Source: a bacterium (GTDB lineage Bacteria; Auribacterota; Erginobacteria; Erginobacterales; DAOSXE01). From it: DNA of 32,000 bases. The notes below the pieces were generated by a model. It did no database searches, had not been told where the DNA came from, and saw only the letters and a list, made by a program, of their open reading frames with translations. The stretch spans positions 1,207-33,206 of the forward strand of contig DAOSXE010000002.1 in the NCBI GenBank assembly GCA_035380285.1. Direction: 5' to 3'. Of the stretch, positions 25,389 through 32,000 are shown in pieces; position 1 is the first letter of the stretch; each line of letters begins with the position of its first letter. The translations under genes and the position numbers were made by a program.

Positions 25389-26765
25389 GTGAACACCGGC
25401 GCCGATTACGTTCCGTCGCACCCGCACCGTTTCCGGGCGGCTCTGTTCGCGGCCGCCTTCTGCGCCCTGGCGGCCGCGGCGTCCGCGGGGAGCCAGACCA
25501 GGTGGATGCGGGAACATCCCGATGTTTCCTGGAATTACCTGCGGTCCTGGGAAGCTCGGCATCAGTGGCTGACTCCCCGCCGCGAGGGGAGACTGCTCTT
25601 CCAAAAAGAGCGGCCGGAAGAAGCCCGCCGGGCCCTGGAGGAAGCCGTGCGCCAGGGTGCGGAGGACGGAGAAACCCTCTACGAACTGGGCTACTGCCGC
25701 CGGGTGCTGGACGGCGTCGGCGAGGGGTCCCTGGAGTGTTTCAGTCGGGCGGCATCCTGGTTCGAAGTCAACGATCCGGCCCATCCCTATTTTTTCAACT
25801 CCCTCTACCTGGCCGGCGACACCTTGTCCGGCCAGGGGAACAACCGGGAAGCCCTGGCCCGGTTCGAAAAGGCGGCGGAGCTCGATCCCGGGAATGGGAC
25901 CGTCCTTTTGAGGATCGCTCTCTGCCGGCGCCGGGCGGGAGATCCGGCCGGGGCGCTTCGGGCGCTGGAGAATATCGCTCCCGAAGACGAAGCGGCCGGC
26001 CCCGCCGCCGTCCTGGGCGCGGTCATGTCGATCGAGACCGGCCGACCGGAACTGGCCGAGCGGTTCCTCTCCCGGGTGCCGGCGGATGCGGAAACCCTTT
26101 ACCTCCGGGGACGTCTGCTCCAGGACCGAGGCGACAGAACCGAGGCCCGGCGATGCTACGAACAGGCGCTGGAAGTCGACAACGGGTACCGTGAAGCCCT
26201 GATCTCTTCGGCCAACCTCGCCTACGCCGAAGGCGACCTCGCGCTGGCCCGCGACCGGTTCCGGAAACTTACGGAGATCGAACCGGAGACCCCCCGCTGG
26301 CATTTCAATCTCGGCGTCGTCTTCTCCGAGATGGGGAAGCCGGAGGAAGCGGCGGAGGAATGGGCCCGAGCCGGAGGATTCGATCCGGAGCAGAGGGAGG
26401 CGTCTCGCGACGCCGGTATCTTCGAAGAGGCGCGCCGTTTGCAGGAGACCGGTCAGGCCGAAGCCGCGGCCGAGCTGTACCGGCGCATCCTGGACGACGA
26501 GCCCTTTTTCATCGCCGCCCGCTATAATCTGGCCATTTCCCTGGCGGCGGAGGGCGACGCCGGGGCGGCCTTGCGCGAATACGAACGCCTGCTGCGCATC
26601 GACGAGGACTATGCGCCCGCCCACCTCAACTTCGCGATTCTGGCCGAAGCCAAGGGCATGAACCGCGACGCCGCCTATCATTTCCGGCGCTATCTCGCCC
26701 TGGAGCCGGAGAGCCCTCAGGCGGAACTGGTCAAGCGGCGCCTGCGGCAGCTTCGGGGATGGTGA
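25389..26765 (+). CDS. Exported TPR protein
   Basis: GTG start after AAGGAG; signal-like 'RFRAALFAAAFCALAAAASAGSQ'; many TPRs such as 'PHWHFNLGVVFSEMGKPEEAAEEWARAG'-type units. Confidence 0.85.
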   Translation: MNTGADYVPSHPHRFRAALFAAAFCALAAAASAGSQTRWMREHPDVSWNYLRSWEARHQWLTPRREGRLLFQKERPEEARRALEEAVRQGAEDGETLYELGYCRRVLDGVGEGSLECFSRAASWFEVNDPAHPYFFNSLYLAGDTLSGQGNNREALARFEKAAELDPGNGTVLLRIALCRRRAGDPAGALRALENIAPEDEAAGPAAVLGAVMSIETGRPELAERFLSRVPADAETLYLRGRLLQDRGDRTEARRCYEQALEVDNGYREALISSANLAYAEGDLALARDRFRKLTEIEPETPRWHFNLGVVFSEMGKPEEAAEEWARAGGFDPEQREASRDAGIFEEARRLQETGQAEAAAELYRRILDDEPFFIAARYNLAISLAAEGDAGAALREYERLLRIDEDYAPAHLNFAILAEAKGMNRDAAYHFRRYLALEPESPQAELVKRRLRQLRGW

Positions 26766-26795
26766 GGTTTCTCCCCCGGCCGTTTCGAACGGCGG

Positions 26796-28481
26796 TTACT
26801 CGTACTCTTCGGGAACGGGAGCGTCCGCGGCGTATTCGGCGTCGCTCAACTCGCTGTCCCCCATGATATCCGCCCGAAGAGCGCAGGTTTCGAGGTGGTC
26901 GCAGGTTTTGCAGTAGCGGTTTTTCCGGGGGGGGAAGAATTCGCTCTCTTCGCTGGCCCCGGCCGCCTGGTAGCTCTTGATCTTGTCTTTGATCTCGCCG
27001 GCGGTGGCGTCGATCCCGGCCAGAACCTCGGGGAGGTTTTCCCGCCGGCGATGTGTCACTATCTCTTCGTCGTGAGCCAGCATCTGCAGGGCCAACCGGG
27101 AAATCTTCAGCCGGAAAAGCGACTCGCACGCCAGGAAATAAATCGTAAGCTGATCGTCTTCGTCGACCTGCCGCTGGGTCCGGCGGCTGGGCTCGGTCTT
27201 GTAATCGACGATCCCGTACGTGCCGTCCTCGAGAAGATCGATGCGGTCGATAAAGCCGGTCATAACCGCGTTTTCCCCTACCGGGAGTTCGAAATACTCC
27301 TCCACCCTGAAAGCGGGACGGTACTTATCCCCCTCGACGTAACGGGCGAAGTAACGTTTAAGCATCTCCACCCCCTGATCGTGATACCGCCTGGCTTCTT
27401 CGGGATCGGCGTAACCTTCCTGGTACGAAGAAAAAGAGCGCTCCCAGAGTTCCAGAAGCGCGGCCGCGGTGGTCTTGCCCCGGTATTCCGGGTTATAAAA
27501 CCGTTCCAGGGCGTCATGGACCGCGGTCCCGTAGGAGAAGAAGGGGCGCGACCTGGTTCCGCAACCGTCCAGGTACACCTTTTTCCAGGCCCGGGGGCAT
27601 CGCTGGTAGGAACTGAGCTTGGAGTAACTGAGCCGCAGACGTTCGGAAAACCGTTCCGGCGCATCCCCGCTCAGCGTCAGGGGAGTGACCGGCCAGGCCG
27701 GGCAGGCGGCGAGGTATTCGCAGGTGCTGCAGAGCGGGCCTTTCTCCGCCAGCGATTCCGGGTGTTCCAGGGGACTGTGCCGGCGCAGGGCCTTGTCCAG
27801 CAGGGTAGGGGGCCGAGTCATGCGGGCGATGCTGGTGACGGTTTGATCGATCAGGGCGTTGGCCGCCTTCAGATCGTCCGCGGTCGGGGTGACGCTTACC
27901 TTGCGGTTCGCTCTTAAAAAATAAAAACCGACTTTCGAAACGCGCCCATGGAGATGCTTGTCGGCGTTGGCCCCCTGGAAAAGAACCGCCGCTTGAAGAT
28001 CGCGAGCCAGTTCGTCGGGTTCGAGAGTGTTCTTGCCGGTCTTGTAGTTGATGACTTCATACGTGCCGTCTTCGAGAAGATCGACCCGGTCGGCCCGGGA
28101 CGAAACCGAGGCGGCGCGGGTCTGGAAAGACACGGTGACGTCGACATAACGAACCTTGGGAGGAGCGGCGGAGAAGTCCTGGTAGAACCTGCGCAGAATC
28201 TCCTGCGCCTGGGTCTTGAACTGATTTTCCTCGAGTTGGTCCCGATATCCTTCCGAAGCCCAGTTGCGATCGAGCAGTTGCATGAGATCGTCGAGGGAGG
28301 GGAGCTGGGATGTCCCGCGCTTGTGAAAATACTGGAGCGCTCCATGGAGGGATTTATAGAAGCTCAGCGCGGCTCCGGGCTTTTTGTCCCCTTCGACTTG
28401 ATCGATATAGGCCAGCTTGTACTTGAGCGGGCAAGCTATGAACGTCTTGATCCTGCCCAGGGAAAGTTTAACCGTTTCCAT
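26796..28481 (-). CDS. RecB/AddB-type PD-(D/E)XK nuclease-family protein with internal duplication
   Basis: ATG at 28481 preceded by AGGAGG. C-terminal half: 'YGTAVHDALERF', 'MTGFIDRIDLLEDGTYGIVDYKTE'. N-terminal half: 'SSRADRVDLLEDGTYEVINYKTG'. Cys patterns CPLKY...CSTCEYLAAC and CPRAW...CKTCDHLETC. Confidence 0.9.
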   Translation of the reverse strand: METVKLSLGRIKTFIACPLKYKLAYIDQVEGDKKPGAALSFYKSLHGALQYFHKRGTSQLPSLDDLMQLLDRNWASEGYRDQLEENQFKTQAQEILRRFYQDFSAAPPKVRYVDVTVSFQTRAASVSSRADRVDLLEDGTYEVINYKTGKNTLEPDELARDLQAAVLFQGANADKHLHGRVSKVGFYFLRANRKVSVTPTADDLKAANALIDQTVTSIARMTRPPTLLDKALRRHSPLEHPESLAEKGPLCSTCEYLAACPAWPVTPLTLSGDAPERFSERLRLSYSKLSSYQRCPRAWKKVYLDGCGTRSRPFFSYGTAVHDALERFYNPEYRGKTTAAALLELWERSFSSYQEGYADPEEARRYHDQGVEMLKRYFARYVEGDKYRPAFRVEEYFELPVGENAVMTGFIDRIDLLEDGTYGIVDYKTEPSRRTQRQVDEDDQLTIYFLACESLFRLKISRLALQMLAHDEEIVTHRRRENLPEVLAGIDATAGEIKDKIKSYQAAGASEESEFFPPRKNRYCKTCDHLETCALRADIMGDSELSDAEYAADAPVPEEYE

Positions 28482-28623
28482 ACCGCCCTCCTTGTGCTGT
28501 CGCCGGAACAGTACGAGCGCCCCGGTTCGAGGTTTTACTCTAAACCGTTCGAATTGTGAGCGCAAGAAAAAGCGATCTGGGGGCGGGCGGGAAAAAAACC
28601 GCGTTCGGCCTCCCTTCTTTGCG

Positions 28624-28629
28624 TATAAT
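28624..28629 (+). promoter_or_regulatory. Candidate -10 element for the ktrB-like gene
   Basis: Perfect TATAAT ending 8 nt before ATG 28638. Confidence 0.4.
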
Positions 28630-28637
28630 AATAAGCC

Positions 28638-30044
28638 ATGAAAGCAGGGGGGCCGATAGCGCTGCCGGGGATGGGGCCGAGAGCCAATCCGCCTCGGATG
28701 ATAGTCCTTTCGTTCCTGGGGATAATCCTGGCGGGGACCATCGTACTCATTCTTCCCCTGTCGACGGTTCAGCCGGGGTGCATGAACCCGATCGACGCTC
28801 TGTTTACCGCCGCGTCCGCAACCTGCGTCACCGGTTTGATCGTGGTCGATACCGGGACCTTTTTCTCCCCCTTCGGGAAAGCGGTCATTCTGATCCTTAT
28901 TCAGATCGGCGGATTGGGCCTGATGACCATGTCCACTTTTTTCCTGGTGCTACTGGGGAAACGACTGAGCCTCCGGGAACGCCTGGTCCTGGAGGATACC
29001 ATGGGGAACGTCCGGATCCGGGGCCTGAAGGGGCTGTTGCGGATGGTGGTCATGACCACGCTGCTGCTGGAAACCGCGGGAGCGGCGATTCTGACCTGGC
29101 GTTTTCACCTTTTTCACGGCATGGAGTTGAAGGAAGCCCTCGTCAAAGGGGTATTCCACTCGGTTTCCGGGTTCTGCAACGCCGGCTTTTCCCTGTTTTC
29201 CGACAACCTCATGGCCTTCGGCGAGGACTGGTGGGTCACCGGAACCGTCAGCGGCCTGATCTTCCTCGGCGGGATCGGCTTTCTGGTTCTGTTCAACCTG
29301 ATCAACATCCGTTTCTGGAAGAGGGACCGGACCCGGAGGGGCAGGCTGCGCCTTCATTCCCGTCTGGCACTGCTGATGAGCCTCTACCTCTTCCTGGGGA
29401 TGTTCGTTCCTCTCCTGCTCGGAGAATGGGACAACACCCTGTCGGGGATGCCCGTCAGCGAGAAGTTCAGCCGCACGGTGCTGCAGGCGCTGACGCCTCG
29501 AACCGCAGGGTTCAACACGGTTCCGGTCGACGAACTCAGGCCCTTCAACCTGTGGATAACTCTTTTCATGATGTTCGTCGGAGCTTCTCCCGGGGGAACG
29601 GGCGGGGGGATCAAGACCGTGACGTTCGTCGTTCTGGCCGCCGCCGTTTACGCCCTGGTGGCCCAAAAGAAGGAAGTGGTCATCTTCAGGCGGACCATTC
29701 CCCAGAAAGTGGTGCTGGAATCCCTGGGGATAGCCGTTATCGGGGTCATGGTCATTTTTATCGGGTGCGCCGCCCTGCTGCTGACGGAATTTCCCAACCA
29801 GACGGTGGTCAGCTCCGCGGGGCACGCCACCGACCTGCTCTTCGAGACCGTTTCAGCCTTCGGAACCGTGGGGCTGTCGGTGGGGCTGACTCCGCATCTG
29901 ACGGCATTGGGAAAATTGATCGTCGCTTCCATCATCTTTCTGGGACGGGTCGGGCCCCTGGCGGTCGTGCTCATGATCGGCCGGGTGGCGGCGACGCCGG
30001 GCGGCAAGATCAAATACCCCGAAGAAATGGTGGTCGTCGGATAA
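28638..30044 (+). CDS. ktrB: TrkH/KtrB family potassium uptake channel subunit
   Basis: 'DALFTAASATCVTGLIVVDTG', 'LILIQIGGLGLMTMSTFF', 'FHSVSGFCNAGFSLFSDNL', 'TPRTAGFNTV', 'MFVGASPGGTGGGIKTVTF', 'ETVSAFGTVGLSVGLTPHLT'. Start may be further downstream (28671 or 28698). Confidence 0.94.
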   Translation: MKAGGPIALPGMGPRANPPRMIVLSFLGIILAGTIVLILPLSTVQPGCMNPIDALFTAASATCVTGLIVVDTGTFFSPFGKAVILILIQIGGLGLMTMSTFFLVLLGKRLSLRERLVLEDTMGNVRIRGLKGLLRMVVMTTLLLETAGAAILTWRFHLFHGMELKEALVKGVFHSVSGFCNAGFSLFSDNLMAFGEDWWVTGTVSGLIFLGGIGFLVLFNLINIRFWKRDRTRRGRLRLHSRLALLMSLYLFLGMFVPLLLGEWDNTLSGMPVSEKFSRTVLQALTPRTAGFNTVPVDELRPFNLWITLFMMFVGASPGGTGGGIKTVTFVVLAAAVYALVAQKKEVVIFRRTIPQKVVLESLGIAVIGVMVIFIGCAALLLTEFPNQTVVSSAGHATDLLFETVSAFGTVGLSVGLTPHLTALGKLIVASIIFLGRVGPLAVVLMIGRVAATPGGKIKYPEEMVVVG

Positions 30045-30096
30045 CCTGTGCTATGATCCCTGAACCTAAAAAGCGGAAAACGAGGGAGTTTCGGAC

Positions 30097-30783
30097 ATGA
30101 GGCAATTCGTGGTCATCGGCGCCGGGAGGTTCGGACGGTCGGTGGCGACCACCCTGGCCGAAAACGGGTGTCAGGTTCTCTTGCTGGATTCCGACGAGAA
30201 CCGGGTCCAACAGATGGCGGAAACGGTCACCCAGGCGATTCAACTGGATGTAACCGATGAAAAAGCCTTGCAGAGCCTCGATTTGGGGGAGATGGACGTG
30301 GGGGTGGTGGCCATCGGCAGCAAACTCGAAGCCAGCATTCTGGCGACCATGAAACTCAAGGAGATGGGGGTAAAAACGGTGGTCTCCAAAGCCGGTAGCA
30401 TGCCCCACAAGAAAATACTGGCCCGGGTCGGGGCCGACATCATCGTCTTTCCGGAACGGGACATGGGCGTGCGCACGGCCAACCGCCTCCTCTCGCCCGA
30501 CATCACCGACTATATAAATATCTCCTCCGGCTACAGCCTGGTCGAGATCAGGGTACCCGAACACCTGGTCGGGCAAACGCTGGCCGAAGCCAATATCCGG
30601 GCGCAATACGGCGTGGATGTGGTGGCGATCAAACGCCAGAAACCTCAAATCGAAAAAGACGGGCAGACCGGGCTCAGCGAAGAGATGGAAATAGCGCCGT
30701 CGGCCTCGGAAGTATTCGCCGAGGGCGACGTACTGGTCGTGATCGGCAAGGTCAAGGATATCGAAACCTTCAGGATGGTTTGA
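30097..30783 (+). CDS. ktrA: TrkA/KtrA family potassium uptake regulatory subunit (RCK)
   Basis: 'FVVIGAGRFGRSVATTLAENGCQVLLLDSDENRV' Rossmann fold; 'HKKILARVGADIIVFPERDMGVRTA'; C-terminal TrkA_C-like domain. Upstream GAGGGAG SD. Confidence 0.95.
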   Translation: MRQFVVIGAGRFGRSVATTLAENGCQVLLLDSDENRVQQMAETVTQAIQLDVTDEKALQSLDLGEMDVGVVAIGSKLEASILATMKLKEMGVKTVVSKAGSMPHKKILARVGADIIVFPERDMGVRTANRLLSPDITDYINISSGYSLVEIRVPEHLVGQTLAEANIRAQYGVDVVAIKRQKPQIEKDGQTGLSEEMEIAPSASEVFAEGDVLVVIGKVKDIETFRMV

Positions 30784-30785
30784 GC

Positions 30786-31103
30786 ATGGGCGCAGAGGGA
30801 ACCGGAGCCAGGAAGGAACGCAAGCTGCGTAAAGCGTTCGAAGCGAACCCCGCCGGGGCGGAAGCATGTCTGGATCTGGGGAAATACTACTTTCTCAAGG
30901 AAGAGTTCGCCCGCGCCGGAGAGGTATATCGCCAAGGACTGGAGCATAACCCCGACTCCGTCGGCATCCTTCTCAACCTGGCCGTCACCCGGGAAGCACA
31001 GGGACGCTGCGAGGACGCCAAGAAACTCTATCTCAAAGTCCTGGAAGTGGACGCCAACAATCAATCCGCCCAAGAACGGTTGGAGCGCCTGACGTCCTTC
31101 TAG
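30786..31103 (+). CDS. Small TPR protein
   Basis: 'ACLDLGKYYFLKEEFARAGEVYRQGLEHNPDSVGILLNLAVTREAQGRCEDAKKLYLKVLEVDANNQSAQERLERL'. Confidence 0.85.
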   Translation: MGAEGTGARKERKLRKAFEANPAGAEACLDLGKYYFLKEEFARAGEVYRQGLEHNPDSVGILLNLAVTREAQGRCEDAKKLYLKVLEVDANNQSAQERLERLTSF

Positions 31104-31109
31104 TCCCGG

Positions 31110-32000
31110 ATGGAAAGAACCTTCCGGCAAACGATGAGAGCGTTGATATGGGCAAGCCTGCTGCTGGCGGTTCCCGGCGAGCCGGCGGCCGCTTCCGGGC
31201 AAGCCGAACGGACGTGGTGGGCCCTGGCCGAAGAGGCCGCCGGAGCGGGGGATTACGGCCGGGCCTTGGAGTATATCTCCCGTCTGGAGGCCGTCGGCCG
31301 GCGCGACCCGGGCCTCGACCGGGCTAAAAACGATCTTCTCTGCGCCGAAGGACACCGCCTGCTCCGACGTAAGAATTACGATGGAGCCCGAAGCCTGTTT
31401 CTGGAGGCGCTCGACCGGGACCCGACGCTGGTCGGGGCCTGGAAGGGATTGGGCGTCTCCGCCTATTTCCGGCAGGAGATGACGGACTCCCTCCGGGCCT
31501 GGGAAAAGGTTCTGGCTCTGGCCCCCGGGGACCGGGACGCCGCGGAATGGTCGAAACGGGTGAGAAAGGAAAGCCGGCTGGAGGGGGATCTTGATTCTTC
31601 GCGGATGGGGAACTTCATCTTCCGCTACGAAACGGAAATGCCCGCGGATACGGTCGGCGATCTGGAAACCTTCCTGCATCAGGCTTACCGGGAAGTCGGT
31701 TACGACTTCAACTACTACCCCGATCGGCCCGTCGTGGTCATTCTCTATCCTCCCGATCGGTTCCGGCGCCTCCACGGCACGCCCGGATGGGTGGCGGGAC
31801 TCTACGACGGCAAGATCCGTTTGCCCTCTCCCGGGGGGGAGGGGGAAGGGGAGGATTTCAAACGGATTCTATGGCATGAATATACTCACGTCGCGGTTCA
31901 CGACCTCTCGGGGGGAAAAGCTCCGATCTGGCTCCAGGAAGGGCTGGCCCAATATGAGGAGAACAAAGTGATTCCGGTCGAGGGAGAGGCCGGCGCAACA
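31110..32000 (+). CDS. Exported TPR + peptidase-MA-like (gluzincin, HEXXH) protein, truncated by window end
   Basis: Frame from ATG 31110 stays open to 32000; signal-like 'MRALIWASLLLAVPGEPAAAS'; TPR-like region; 'FKRILWHEYTHVAVHDLSGGKAPIWLQEGLAQYEE'. Confidence 0.85.
   Translation, partial: MERTFRQTMRALIWASLLLAVPGEPAAASGQAERTWWALAEEAAGAGDYGRALEYISRLEAVGRRDPGLDRAKNDLLCAEGHRLLRRKNYDGARSLFLEALDRDPTLVGAWKGLGVSAYFRQEMTDSLRAWEKVLALAPGDRDAAEWSKRVRKESRLEGDLDSSRMGNFIFRYETEMPADTVGDLETFLHQAYREVGYDFNYYPDRPVVVILYPPDRFRRLHGTPGWVAGLYDGKIRLPSPGGEGEGEDFKRILWHEYTHVAVHDLSGGKAPIWLQEGLAQYEENKVIPVEGEAGAT

Noticed and set aside
28556-30100. 514-aa plus-strand ORF overlapping ktrB
   Set aside because: Out-of-frame Arg/Gly-rich translation; the ktrB frame has all TrkH/KtrB motifs.

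Overview
High-GC bacterial chromosomal segment, about 32 kb, with dense coding on both strands. No CRISPR array, transposase, integrase or prophage is recognisable. Supported content, left to right: the 3' end of an RND efflux adaptor and a complete RND pump; tRNA-Leu(CAG); smpB; an NCS2-type nucleobase permease divergent from a NUDIX-MazG fusion; acylphosphatase; a PQQ-type beta-propeller protein; an acidic coiled-coil exported protein; a TMTC-like membrane/TPR protein; a run of exported proteins (Asp-box propeller with a C-terminal module, a stand-alone paralogue of that module, a TPR protein, and a ComEA-like HhH plus zinc-ribbon protein); a UPF0280/ApbE-like gene; two giant exported multidomain proteins ending in the same six-fold 40-aa repeat; a COG1900/HcyBio gene with an NIL-ferredoxin (homocysteine biosynthesis from sulfide); a TPR protein; an internally duplicated PD-(D/E)XK RecB/AddB-like protein; KtrB/KtrA potassium uptake genes; a TPR protein; and a truncated HEXXH metallopeptidase. 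Best leads: (1) a papain-fold protein lacking both the catalytic Cys and His, fused to six exact 120-bp repeats; (2) the same six-repeat C-terminus on the next gene, which also carries a ComEC-like MBL domain and three lamin-tail domains; (3) COG1900 + NIL-ferredoxin + UPF0280 close together, with a strong 20-bp RNA hairpin just upstream of COG1900; (4) a RecB/AddB-like protein made of two duplicated halves, each keeping a 4-Cys Fe-S pattern, with the N-terminal half apparently inactivated; (5) a shared, poorly characterised C-terminal module in two tandem genes. All family calls are from reading the sequence; no database search was run.
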